A program made the position numbers and the translations under genes. Shown here in pieces: positions 36,790 to 46,551 of a stretch of DNA of 64,000 bases. The notes beneath the pieces were generated by a model. The model ran no database searches. It was not told the origin of the DNA and was given only the letters and a program-made list of their open reading frames with translations. The stretch covers positions 1 through 64,000 of the IMG/VR virus record IMGVR_UViG_3300037067_002168; one strand, written 5' to 3'. Origin of the DNA: a virus. Lineage: Duplodnaviria > Caudoviricetes. Position 1 is the stretch's first letter, and every line of letters begins with the position of its first letter.

Positions 36790-38147
36790 ATAGCAAACAA
36801 CTGTCTGTAGTTCAACCAAAACTTGAAGGCTATGCCTACTTTATGCAGAACGAGCCACAGAAGAATCTGGGACCAATCCATACAGAACAAGACGAGATTT
36901 TTGGTAAGCAAGTCAAGGTTAGAGACGTTAGCATTGCAATGATGCGTAATGCCTCTACTGCCAATCGTAAACAGGTCAAGGTCTTTCTTGAGCCATTTCC
37001 ACATATACGAATTGAAAAGGCTAAAGAGTTGCAGGGTTGGTACAAAGGAGCCAACGAGCGCAATCAGGTACGGCCACGACCCTGTTGGACGGAGGCATTG
37101 TTAACTCAACCTTACGGTGGATTTTGCCCAAATTCCTGTCTGTTTTGTTATATTGATTCTGGCATGCGTGGTTATCGGGCGACGGGATTGATGACGGTGC
37201 CTATCAATTATGGGGAGCAGATCAGACAACAACTGAAAAAGATTCGTCGCGGATCGGCCGGATACTTTACCAGCTTCCACGACCCGTTCAATCCGCTGGA
37301 GAAAATCTACCACAATAGTCAACAGGCTGCTGAAGCATTTATTGAGGTTGGGTTGCCTATTTTCTTTCTCAGCCGTCTTCGCTATCCAGATTGGGCAATT
37401 GATTTGTTGACTAGAAACAAATACAGCTATGCCCAGAAAAGTATCAATACTTCCGATGCGGACGATTGGCACAAACTATCACCGGGAGTTCCACCGCTGG
37501 CTACACAATTGGAAGATATACGCCGATTGAAATCCGCCGATGTTTACGTATCAGTACAAGTCAATCCTATAGTTCCAGGAGTAACAAGCAATCAGCAGAT
37601 TGTAGAGTTGTTCAGGATGTTGGCTGAGGTAGGCGCAAATCACGTGATTGTTAAGTTCGTTGAAGCAGCTTACTCTTGGGCTCCAACAATGATCCAAAAG
37701 ATGGTAGATGCTTTTGGTGATCGTGGTAGACGATTTGGAGAATTGTTTACGCAGAACATTGGCGGCGAGAAAACGGTTGACGAAGATTATCGTATGCGGG
37801 CCCACAAGGTGTTTACCAGTTATGCCAAACGGTATGGATTGACTTACGGCACTTGCTACGAATACCGTTGGGAGAGAAATGAAAGCGGTGGTATTGTAAA
37901 CAAAACAGGCATCAGCATTGGACCTGAAGTTACGACTGGGGCACAATGCCACGGCCAACGAGTACCAATGTTTACTCGTAACAGAGCAGATGAGATATTT
38001 CGTGAAGTATCCGTTTGTCCACCATCTGGATGCCTCTATTGTTCAGAAAACAACGGCGGTACTCCCCGTTGTGGAGACGTTCTGGCAGGAGAAGCAGCAG
38101 CGCTTCGGATGGCTGATTTGAAGAAGCCGATTGGTTTACCAAAATGA
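36777..38147 (+). CDS. radical SAM enzyme (putative glycyl-thymine isomerase)
   Basis: CPNSCLFCY motif; lies between kinases and AADT. Confidence 0.8.
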   Translation: MPKIDSKQLSVVQPKLEGYAYFMQNEPQKNLGPIHTEQDEIFGKQVKVRDVSIAMMRNASTANRKQVKVFLEPFPHIRIEKAKELQGWYKGANERNQVRPRPCWTEALLTQPYGGFCPNSCLFCYIDSGMRGYRATGLMTVPINYGEQIRQQLKKIRRGSAGYFTSFHDPFNPLEKIYHNSQQAAEAFIEVGLPIFFLSRLRYPDWAIDLLTRNKYSYAQKSINTSDADDWHKLSPGVPPLATQLEDIRRLKSADVYVSVQVNPIVPGVTSNQQIVELFRMLAEVGANHVIVKFVEAAYSWAPTMIQKMVDAFGDRGRRFGELFTQNIGGEKTVDEDYRMRAHKVFTSYAKRYGLTYGTCYEYRWERNESGGIVNKTGISIGPEVTTGAQCHGQRVPMFTRNRADEIFREVSVCPPSGCLYCSENNGGTPRCGDVLAGEAAALRMADLKKPIGLPK

Positions 38148-38950
38148 CTCAACAAAAAGGAAAACTGGGTGTTGTTGAGTTTGGTCGCCAGTTGATTGAG
38201 ACTGGTGATTTAGACCCCTTATACATCGCCCTATGGAAGGCGAGATTACCGCATAAGAAATTGTGCCAATGGCTGGTGTGCTACTTCTGCTATTACCATG
38301 CTGGACTATCCTCCTGGGTCGTAGATCAACTGGAGCAGAACGAATGGGACATCCTAGACAAAATAGCTCGCGGAGGAACCGCCTATCCACGCGGGTCGGA
38401 ACGCCGGCACTTTCGTGGGCAGTTAGCTATCAAAGCAGTGGAGAAGCTGCGTAGCACGTTCTCCGATGGCGAGGAATTGATTAGATGGGTAGGCGACGGC
38501 GGCCCACGCGCCAACGGTGTGATGTCTCGTGTACGATCCTTGTACGGGTTCGGAGAGTGGATCAGCGGGAAAGTGCCAGACATCTGCGAACGTCTGAAGC
38601 TATTTCCTGTCAAGTTTGTTGATCGGGACATAGATTACATGTTTGATTCGCCTAAGAAGGGCGCAATCGAAGTGGCAAACAGATACGCTCCATCAGACGA
38701 TCCGCTAATGTCGGCGCACCGATACCTAATCCAACAACTGTCGTCGATCAAGGCACCGCCGAGATACGAACGCGGTATCAACGTGCAGGAGACGGAGACG
38801 ATTTTTTGTAAGGTTCATGCCTATTGGAATGGAACATACGAGGTAGGCAAAGATACGCGGGAGATTAGGCACGGGCTGCTTCGATATGCTAGGAGTAAGA
38901 CTAGCCAGATTTTGCTTCGGACGATGCCTAGCGTGGTGGTAGGGGGCTAG
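38144..38950 (+). CDS. amino acid:DNA transferase (aGPT-Pplase2)
   Basis: F...LI.TGDLDP.Y, Y..YYH.G, RGSERRHFRG, GFGEWISGK. Confidence 0.85.
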   Translation: MTQQKGKLGVVEFGRQLIETGDLDPLYIALWKARLPHKKLCQWLVCYFCYYHAGLSSWVVDQLEQNEWDILDKIARGGTAYPRGSERRHFRGQLAIKAVEKLRSTFSDGEELIRWVGDGGPRANGVMSRVRSLYGFGEWISGKVPDICERLKLFPVKFVDRDIDYMFDSPKKGAIEVANRYAPSDDPLMSAHRYLIQQLSSIKAPPRYERGINVQETETIFCKVHAYWNGTYEVGKDTREIRHGLLRYARSKTSQILLRTMPSVVVGG

Positions 38951-38952
38951 AA

Positions 38953-39777
38953 ATGGCTATTAGGACGGGTAGGATAACCGCTGGTGGTATGCTTAGGGAG
39001 GGAACCCCCCTAGAAGACTACCAGGAGCAATACGGTTTATGGGTAAAGCGCGAAGACAAATCGTGCGTGCCTCCTGGTCCACCGTTCTCCAAAGCGCGTG
39101 GCGTGTATGCCAGGATTGCTAGTCGTCCTGAAACAATTATCGGCGTGCTGGATACATATCATTCCCAGGGTGGGCACGCTGCTGCTAGAGCGTGTCAAAT
39201 ACTGGGTAAGCAGTGTTTAGATTTTTATCCAGAATACAAACACGATCCTGGATGCCGGGAACCACAACTCAGAGCAAAATCCTTGGGAGCTGAATTGATT
39301 GGTCTGCCGGCCGGTAGGTCGGCGATACTGTTTCATACAGCCAAAAAATACGCAGAAGCATGCAGAGGTTACATGCTACCGAACGCCCTAAAATTAGAAG
39401 AGTCAATTGAAGAAACGGCGAAAGAAGTGCCAGACCGCTGCTTTGATAACGTGCTGATCTCGGCAAGCAGTGGTACAATCGCCGCAGGAGTAATTCGCGG
39501 ATTTTCTCGACGCAAAATATCAATCAATAGATACTTGATTCACCTTGGATATACTCGATCACATGATTCAGTGCTGCAATACCTGGCTGTGTCGTCCGGT
39601 GGCGTAACGAACTGCGTAGAAATAGTTGACGAGGGGTATCAGTACAAAGACAAAGCAAAACCGGGCGATACTCCTCCGTGGCCTTGCAACGAATACTACG
39701 ACCTGAAGGCATTTCGTTGGTGGATAGCCAATCGATCTAGGTATGACGGAAAAACTCTATTTTGGAATATAGGTTAA
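38953..39777 (+). CDS. PLP-dependent enzyme (fold type II; putative decarboxylase)
   Basis: WVKRED, SKARG, SASSGTIAAG, YDLKA, LFWNIG. Confidence 0.85.
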   Translation: MAIRTGRITAGGMLREGTPLEDYQEQYGLWVKREDKSCVPPGPPFSKARGVYARIASRPETIIGVLDTYHSQGGHAAARACQILGKQCLDFYPEYKHDPGCREPQLRAKSLGAELIGLPAGRSAILFHTAKKYAEACRGYMLPNALKLEESIEETAKEVPDRCFDNVLISASSGTIAAGVIRGFSRRKISINRYLIHLGYTRSHDSVLQYLAVSSGGVTNCVEIVDEGYQYKDKAKPGDTPPWPCNEYYDLKAFRWWIANRSRYDGKTLFWNIG

Positions 39778-39907
39778 ACAAATGAACCAAGATACTCCAG
39801 CAGTTGATATACGGTCTAATGATTTGGCCCATAACGTAGAGGCGCTATCTGATTGCTCATCAAAAATAAATCCACAATCAATAAGTACGGCTCTATTTAC
39901 CAAAATA

Positions 39908-39932
39908 AAACCCAGGAGGATTAGTCCTGGGT
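39908..39932. terminator. hairpin between convergent genes
   Basis: aacccagga-ggattag-tcctgggtt. Confidence 0.55.
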
Positions 39933-39962
39933 TGTAACTGAGTGAAATTGTCGAGGGTTGAG

Positions 39963-40547
39963 TTACAGCTTGGCAGCTGCAGTTTTGCCCTCGGCGCTGA
40001 TTTCATACGTCGGTACCGTTCGGCCGCCAACATCATCTTGAGGACCAAACTTGACCAGACCTAAGCTCAGCAATGAAGGAAAGTGCTTTGCGTCGTTTGC
40101 GGCGCGAACATCGGGATCATGCGAACCAATCCATTCCACGCATCCGGCCGTGTCAACTCCGCCCTTTTCGGCGATCTGGGCGCGGGTCATGGCTTTGCCC
40201 GCATTGGCCAAGCACTGGAGGATTTTCACCTGCGATTTGCGCAGACCGTCCTTCTTGGCTTTTTCGGCCTTAACTTCGGCCTTAGCTGCCTTCACCGACT
40301 TCACTGGCTTATCGGCCTTAACTTCGGCCTTAGCTGCCTTCACCGACTTCACTGGCTTATCGGCCTTAACTTCGGCCTTAGCTGCCTTCACCGACTTCAC
40401 TGGCTTATCGGCCTTGACTGCCTTGGCCGGTTTGGCTGCCTTCACCGACTTCACTGGCTTATCGGCCTTGACTGCCTTGGCCTGTGCGTCGCTGACGGCA
40501 GGGGTGGATTCGGTACGTTCAACTGGGGCACCAATTTCGGGACACAT
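39963..40547 (-). CDS. histone-like Ala/Lys-repeat protein with C-terminal winged helix
   Basis: (AEVKADKPVKSVKAAK)n; ILQCL...MTRAQIAEK; own promoter. Confidence 0.75.
   Translation of the reverse strand: MCPEIGAPVERTESTPAVSDAQAKAVKADKPVKSVKAAKPAKAVKADKPVKSVKAAKAEVKADKPVKSVKAAKAEVKADKPVKSVKAAKAEVKAEKAKKDGLRKSQVKILQCLANAGKAMTRAQIAEKGGVDTAGCVEWIGSHDPDVRAANDAKHFPSLLSLGLVKFGPQDDVGGRTVPTYEISAEGKTAAAKL
40264..40482 (-). repeat. 48-bp coding tandem repeat
   Basis: cggccttaacttcggccttagctgccttcaccgacttcactggcttat x3 plus variants. Confidence 0.9.
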
Positions 40548-40616
40548 GTTCGTTCTCTCCTGTTACCTGCGTCGGGCAGGTTTCCGGTTGACTGATTACT
40601 TTCAATCAACTCTTGC

Positions 40617-40645
40617 ATTATAAATAGTATCGGCGAATAAGTCAA
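40617..40645 (-). promoter_or_regulatory. sigma70-type phage promoter
   Basis: TTGACT-N17-TATAAT with the shared ccgatactattt spacer end. Confidence 0.85.
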
Positions 40646-40719
40646 TAGATATTTGGGTTATTTTTACGGATTTCTCAAAATAATTGTAAGTTGTTTTCCC
40701 ACACCAAGTTAGGATTACC

Positions 40720-42672
40720 ATGCACTATCACTTTCGCAATGTAAACACGGCATTCAAGGGTATTCTGGAGGCAATTGAGTATCCAAACGCAGTTCTCCAG
40801 GGCCTCAAAACTCGATTCTGCAACAGTCGTGCTGGGTCTGTACGTATGGTTGACGAACCAGTCACAGTTACTTACGAGCGACCAGTAGAACGAGTGCTGT
40901 TTAATCCAGCCAGAGACGCAAACCCGTTCTTCCACGTTTTTGAGAGCCTTTGGATGATTGCTGGCCGTAACGATGTTAAACCGTTGGCCTACTATAACAG
41001 CAAGATTGCTGAGATAGCTAGCGACGACGGTGAAACTTTCAACGGTGCTTACGGCTATCGGTGGAGACATTCGCCGGTTGGCCACTTAGAGTATGAAGGA
41101 ACTTCCATTATTGATCAACTCAAACTCATTACCAATCAACTCAAACAAAAGCCGGAGAGCCGTCGCTGTGTTTTGCAAATGTGGGGGATTGAAAATGATC
41201 TATTAAGGATAGATGATACTAAAGATGTCTGTTGTTTAGCTGGAGAAACGAAGTTTAGATCACCAGAAGGAGATATTTGTATTTCAAGTCTTGCTAAAAA
41301 CTTTCAAGATAGAAAGGGATACAAGTTTCCTGTTTACAGTGTAGATACAATTACTGGCGATCAGAGATTGTGTTGGATGACCAATGTTTGGAGAGTTGGC
41401 ACAAAGCCAGTGCTCAGACTTAGATTTGATGATGGTTCTTCGATCCGGCTAACCTCGGATCATAAGGTGTTTAGAAAACATTGGCTATATGAGAATGGCA
41501 AGCGAACAGGATTAGGTGTTGAGGAGTGTTGTGCTGGTGACTTGAACCCTGGCGATCGGTTACTAGCTGAAATGTCCAAAACAGCTAAGTACCGTTCTTT
41601 AGGGGGAGGCTATCGCACGTTTAGGAGAAATCTGTTTGTTGGAACAGAGCATAGAAATATGGTGTATGAACACCGAGAATATGTGGCTTTAGCCCTGGGA
41701 CTGGTTTCCCATAAAGATGGATATTCAATTCATCACATAGATGGTAATAAGCAAAATAACTGTCTGGTTAATCTCTGTCAAATAGAGACTGGAAAGCATC
41801 TAGCAATAGGTAAGTGCGGAGTAGCTAATCCATACTACAAACGATCTAAAGAATCTAAGACCCAGTTTCAACAATCTGGCCTAGCTGCTATTCAGGAATT
41901 GAGGAGACAGTTGCCTAATGAGTTGAGAAAAGCTCTATTCACTAAGTCGGCTTGCCGGTCTGTAGAGCAACAAGTTATAGTCGAAGAATACCGCAGTTCA
42001 AAGAGTAACCATAAAATCACGGCCATTGAAGATGGTGGTGTTATGCCTGTTTACGATTTCACTGTTCCTGGCAGACATAATGCTGTTCTCGACAATGGTG
42101 TGGTAGTCCATAATTGCAATACTCATGCCTACTTTGCTTTGCGCGACGGGCGTTTAGACATGACTGTCTGCAACAGATCGAATGATCTAATTTGGGGAAT
42201 GTTGGGAGCCAATGCAGTTCACTTCAGTTTTCTAATTGAATATCTAGCTGCTTGTATTGGAGTTGAAGTAGGTGTCTACAATCAATTCACCAACAACCTA
42301 CACGCCTATACCGATCGGTGGGAACCAGATAAGTGGTTGGCTGACTATCGAGAAGGCGAAAGTCAATCAGATAAGTGGTATGCCGATGGAAATTATCATC
42401 ACGTTCCGCTGGTTAAGAATCCAGAGACTTTCGATAAGGAATGTGCTGCGTTTGTAGACAGTTGGCAAGGCACTTGGACAGAGCCGTTCTTGGCTAGTGT
42501 GGCAGCGCCGATGTGTAGGGCGTTTGATCTACACAAACTACGGCGATACAGCGAAGCGATTGCTGTTGCAGATTCTATCGCTGACGATGCTTGGCGAATT
42601 GCTAGCCATGCCTGGATCGAACGTCGCCAACAGAATTGGGAGAAGCGTGATGCATCCACCAGTACTGACTAA
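40720..42672 (+). CDS. thymidylate-synthase-fold dUMP hydroxymethylase, intein-containing
   Basis: RDANPFFH..E, FNGAYG.RW, KDVC[intein]CNT, RSNDLIWG..GAN..HF, NLHAY. Confidence 0.88.
   Translation: MHYHFRNVNTAFKGILEAIEYPNAVLQGLKTRFCNSRAGSVRMVDEPVTVTYERPVERVLFNPARDANPFFHVFESLWMIAGRNDVKPLAYYNSKIAEIASDDGETFNGAYGYRWRHSPVGHLEYEGTSIIDQLKLITNQLKQKPESRRCVLQMWGIENDLLRIDDTKDVCCLAGETKFRSPEGDICISSLAKNFQDRKGYKFPVYSVDTITGDQRLCWMTNVWRVGTKPVLRLRFDDGSSIRLTSDHKVFRKHWLYENGKRTGLGVEECCAGDLNPGDRLLAEMSKTAKYRSLGGGYRTFRRNLFVGTEHRNMVYEHREYVALALGLVSHKDGYSIHHIDGNKQNNCLVNLCQIETGKHLAIGKCGVANPYYKRSKESKTQFQQSGLAAIQELRRQLPNELRKALFTKSACRSVEQQVIVEEYRSSKSNHKITAIEDGGVMPVYDFTVPGRHNAVLDNGVVVHNCNTHAYFALRDGRLDMTVCNRSNDLIWGMLGANAVHFSFLIEYLAACIGVEVGVYNQFTNNLHAYTDRWEPDKWLADYREGESQSDKWYADGNYHHVPLVKNPETFDKECAAFVDSWQGTWTEPFLASVAAPMCRAFDLHKLRRYSEAIAVADSIADDAWRIASHAWIERRQQNWEKRDASTSTD
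41233..42114 (+). mobile_element. intein (294 aa) with HNH endonuclease
   Basis: Starts CLAGET, LTSDH block B, HHIDGNKQNN, VYDFTV..HN..VVHN followed by +1 Cys. Confidence 0.93.
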
Positions 42673-43219
42673 GAAGGACTTCGTTGTTCGATACCAGGCT
42701 AGTGAGTTCGGCAATCATTCGCCAACATGGAATAACTGGCAAGAATGGTTGGATGACGACGGGCGTAGGTTTGGTGATCTATTTCACATTCGTAATCGGG
42801 TTGCTGGCGGTAAAACGTGGTACAATGTGCCCTATTATCTACTGGGTACTCAGTGGGAAGAATCTTGTAGAAATTGCGGCAGTTCTCTACTGTATATTTC
42901 CGCGATGGCTCCACACCAATATAATCTCATTCAGGGTGAAGTACAACGTGGGATTTTTGGGCTCGATCTATATTACAGTCTTATAGTTGGAAAACCAATG
43001 AGAGAGGCTCTTGCCGAAGATGCCAGGAGTGTTTCAGGACTACAAGCGAAGGTTATAATAGACTATTTCCTGTGTCCCAATAGCTGTGAATGGATGAAAG
43101 TGCTACTGGATAGATATCAAGAACCGTCTCATGTAGTAGAGTTTACCACTCTTTCTGTAGAATGGGGCACTTTACCTGGATATAACACATTATTTTGGGA
43201 AGTAAGAGGTGGATATTGA
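42650..43219 (+). CDS. hypothetical protein
   Basis: 189 aa, coupled to the hmU synthase gene. Confidence 0.7.
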   Translation: MHPPVLTKKDFVVRYQASEFGNHSPTWNNWQEWLDDDGRRFGDLFHIRNRVAGGKTWYNVPYYLLGTQWEESCRNCGSSLLYISAMAPHQYNLIQGEVQRGIFGLDLYYSLIVGKPMREALAEDARSVSGLQAKVIIDYFLCPNSCEWMKVLLDRYQEPSHVVEFTTLSVEWGTLPGYNTLFWEVRGGY

Positions 43220-43743
43220 CTATTCTTCTATCAGAAAAATACAAACGAAGATTTGAGTCTAAGTACATTCAGATGGGAGAAGACGATTGTTGGGAATGGA
43301 TAGCATGTAAGTATCCATCTGGGTATGGGTGTTTTTCTGGCTCAGAACACTATGCCCATAGGGTGTCCTATTGTCTCTATATTGGTAGTATACCAAAAGG
43401 TGTATGTGTTCTTCACCATTGTGATAACCCATCTTGTGTTAATCCAAACCACCTATTCTTAGGACTTCAAGCAGATAATGTGAGGGATATGTTGCAAAAG
43501 AATAGGAGGGGAGATACAAGGGTTTATGGAAACCGGAATGGTGCCCGTATTCACCCAGAAATCAGACAGGGTGAGAATAATGGGAGTTCAGTTTTGACTG
43601 AATTAAGTGTAGTAGAAATTAGAAAGTTGTATACGAGAGATAGATATCATCACAGTAATATAAGGCAGTTATCTACGCGATTTGGCGTTTCTAGATCAAC
43701 TATTAAGTCAATTGTAGCTAGCAAATCTTGGAAACATATCTAG
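43195..43743 (+). CDS. free-standing HNH endonuclease
   Basis: CWEW...AHRVSY...LHHCDNPSCVNPNHLFLG...DN. Confidence 0.92.
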   Translation: MGSKRWILTILLSEKYKRRFESKYIQMGEDDCWEWIACKYPSGYGCFSGSEHYAHRVSYCLYIGSIPKGVCVLHHCDNPSCVNPNHLFLGLQADNVRDMLQKNRRGDTRVYGNRNGARIHPEIRQGENNGSSVLTELSVVEIRKLYTRDRYHHSNIRQLSTRFGVSRSTIKSIVASKSWKHI

Positions 43744-43755
43744 GAGACAATAACG

Positions 43756-44277
43756 ATGCAAGATTATGTTCACCAATCGTTTGAACGGTGCGGTCAACTC
43801 TGGAACAGAACAGACATCCTACTCAAGATAGCAGAAGAACTGGGAGAGTTGGTGCAATCCTTTCGCAAGAAAGACAGTGATAGTCATAGACACGAGTTTG
43901 GCGATCTAGTGTTTTCTGTATTTGCTTTAGCCGAGCGTGAGGGATTTAACATCAACGATCAACTGTGTGCTGCCGTTGTTCGTTTCGAGAAACATTGTAG
44001 TTGTCTAGTTAGTAATCGAATCAAAGAGCAAGACAGGGATAGGATCAACGCCGGTGGATATTGCGAAACGAATGCTTTTGGCGATACGAGGGATGGACTT
44101 ACGCCCACTTCTAGGATGATGTATGATTTACGAGAAGCGCGAGATTTACCTGAATTGACTGACGATTATCCTTACCGATGTATAGACTGCAATAGACAAC
44201 CAACCCATAAAACCAATGGTCTAAGAGTTTGTCCAGATTGTATGGCTGTTCATAAACCAAAAATTATCCATAAATGA
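43756..44277 (+). CDS. MazG-like nucleotide pyrophosphohydrolase
   Basis: LKIAEELGEL...HEFGDL. Confidence 0.8.
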   Translation: MQDYVHQSFERCGQLWNRTDILLKIAEELGELVQSFRKKDSDSHRHEFGDLVFSVFALAEREGFNINDQLCAAVVRFEKHCSCLVSNRIKEQDRDRINAGGYCETNAFGDTRDGLTPTSRMMYDLREARDLPELTDDYPYRCIDCNRQPTHKTNGLRVCPDCMAVHKPKIIHK

Positions 44278-44293
44278 ATCATAGAGATACGTA

Positions 44294-46534
44294 ATGCCAA
44301 AAATCAACAAAGAGCTACCAGAAAAATTACGTCCCTACGCCTTTCTAGGGCTGGACATAGTCTATCGTCCTGGAGAGAAGGACGTGATGTGCGATTGTCC
44401 GTGGTGCGGTCGAGAGCAGAAGTTTGGTATCAACGCGGATACTGGTCAGTGGCGATGTTTTGTCTGTGGCGAAGGATCGGCGAAGGGTGGTGGCAATGTC
44501 GCTACGTTTTTGACGAAACTGTGGGAGATCAGTGATCGAACTACCAAGGACTATTCATGGATAATGGCCAGCAGAAGATTACTGTCTGCTGATACCCTAA
44601 GTTATTGGGGTACCATCCAATCTTGTGTTACTGGAGATTGGATCGTGCCTGGCTACGGCGTGGATGGTAAGATTCACCAACTCTACAAGTGCCTGTCTGT
44701 CAATGATAAATTACGTCTGCTACCGACGCCAACATTGGGACATCAATTGCATGGCGTCTACGACCAGCGTAAGTCCATCGTCTATCTATGCGAAGGCCCC
44801 TGGGACGGTATGGCACTATGGGAGATGCTAGGTCGGGCGAAACCGACAGATAGTAGTGGGCTGGTCGCGACGGCCAGTGCTGATCGTAGTCTGCTGGCCT
44901 CTGCCTGCGTCCTGGCAGTGCCAGGGTGCAACGTATTCTTTGAGTCCTGGATGCCACTGTTTGCTGACAAGATCGTCCGGCTGATGTACGATAGTGACCA
45001 CCCAAGAAAGCATCCGCAGACGGGTAACATGACGCCTCCAACAGGTCTGACGGCTATGCAGAGAGTGGCAAGGATACTGGCGTCAGCGACGACACCGCCG
45101 AAGTCGATCGAGTATCTTCGCTGGGGTGATCTTGGCTATGATCCAGACAAGCCTAGCGGTTATGACGTCAGAGACTATTTGACAGAAGGTAGATCAGTCT
45201 CTGACCGGGTAACAAGACTCGACGGGCTACTGAGCCGTCTCTCGCAAGTACCAGATGATTGGGTCGGAAAAGACCCAGATGGAAAGACGGCGGCAAATCC
45301 TAAGCAACTGACTTGCCTATCCTGCTCCTCCTATACTAAATTGACGACAGCCTGGCGTAAGGCGCTGCGGTGGACTGATGGGTTAGACCACGCTCTAGCC
45401 GTCATGCTCGCCTCGATCGCGTCGGTCAAGATATTAGGTGACCCCTTGTGGATTAAGGTGGTTTCTCCAGCGGCATCTGGCAAGAGCACGCTTGCTGAAG
45501 CTGTGAGTGTTGCTAAAAAATACATAGTTGCGAAGAGTACGATTCGGGGGTTTCATTCTGGATTCAAGGAAGACGGGTCAGAGGGAGAGGATAATAGCCT
45601 ACTGTCGCAGTTATTTGACAAGACTTTGATCATTAAAGACGGCGACACACTATTGCAAAGCCCGAATCTATCGCAGATATTGTCTGAGGCGAGAGACATC
45701 TACGACGGTACGTCAAGGACGAGCTACCGAAATAAGATGAGTAAGGACTACGAGGGCATAAGACTGACGATCATCCTGTGCGGGACTAGTTCATTGCGCG
45801 CCTTAGATTCGTCAGAGTTGGGCGAGCGGTTCTTGGACTGCGTGATCATGGACGCCATCGACGACGAGTTAGAGGATGAGATACTGTGGCGAGTGGCGAA
45901 TCGGGCGGATCGATGTATGTCGATGGCAACGAACGGTGACGCTGAAAGTCAGTATGAGGCCGAGATGACGGCCGCCATGCGTATGACAGGCGGCTATGTA
46001 AACTGGCTGAGAGAGAACGCCGCTGAAGTTTTGGGTGGTATTATTATGCCCAGCGCCGCCAAGCGGCAATGTACGCGGTTCGGTAAGTTCGTAGCTCACA
46101 TGCGCGCCAGGCCCAGTCTTCGCCAGGAGGAAGTGGCTGAACGGGAGTTCGCATCACGTTTAGTCAGCCAACTTACTAGGCTGGCTAAATGTCTGGCTCT
46201 GGTGTTGAACCGGCCTACTGTAGATGATACAGTCATGTCTCGTGTTCGTCGTATAGCACTGGATACGAGTCGTGGGCAGACGTTATCTATCGTGAGTCAC
46301 CTATATGATTGCCCAGAGGGGCTAGAAAGCAGTAGCGTATCATTACTAACAGGCCGATCCGACGATAAGACGAAACCACTGTTACGATTCTTACGGGCCA
46401 TAGGAGCTATCGAATTATTTAACCCAGAATCATCGGGCGGGTTAAAACGTCGCCCGCGCTGGCGACTATCACCGAAGATGTATAAATTATACACAGACAC
46501 AGTAGTTATCAGCGATGTTAAAGATAACTCTTAA
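44294..46534 (+). CDS. primase-helicase (Zn finger, TOPRIM, AAA+)
   Basis: CPWC...CFVC, LCEGPWD, YDSD, SPAASGKST. Confidence 0.85.
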   Translation: MPKINKELPEKLRPYAFLGLDIVYRPGEKDVMCDCPWCGREQKFGINADTGQWRCFVCGEGSAKGGGNVATFLTKLWEISDRTTKDYSWIMASRRLLSADTLSYWGTIQSCVTGDWIVPGYGVDGKIHQLYKCLSVNDKLRLLPTPTLGHQLHGVYDQRKSIVYLCEGPWDGMALWEMLGRAKPTDSSGLVATASADRSLLASACVLAVPGCNVFFESWMPLFADKIVRLMYDSDHPRKHPQTGNMTPPTGLTAMQRVARILASATTPPKSIEYLRWGDLGYDPDKPSGYDVRDYLTEGRSVSDRVTRLDGLLSRLSQVPDDWVGKDPDGKTAANPKQLTCLSCSSYTKLTTAWRKALRWTDGLDHALAVMLASIASVKILGDPLWIKVVSPAASGKSTLAEAVSVAKKYIVAKSTIRGFHSGFKEDGSEGEDNSLLSQLFDKTLIIKDGDTLLQSPNLSQILSEARDIYDGTSRTSYRNKMSKDYEGIRLTIILCGTSSLRALDSSELGERFLDCVIMDAIDDELEDEILWRVANRADRCMSMATNGDAESQYEAEMTAAMRMTGGYVNWLRENAAEVLGGIIMPSAAKRQCTRFGKFVAHMRARPSLRQEEVAEREFASRLVSQLTRLAKCLALVLNRPTVDDTVMSRVRRIALDTSRGQTLSIVSHLYDCPEGLESSSVSLLTGRSDDKTKPLLRFLRAIGAIELFNPESSGGLKRRPRWRLSPKMYKLYTDTVVISDVKDNS

Positions 46535-46551
46535 ATCGAAGGACCAAAGCA

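Noticed and set aside
40051-40623. Plus-strand ORFs over the histone-like gene
   Set aside because: Antisense shadows of the 48-bp repeat; promoter and RBS support the minus strand.
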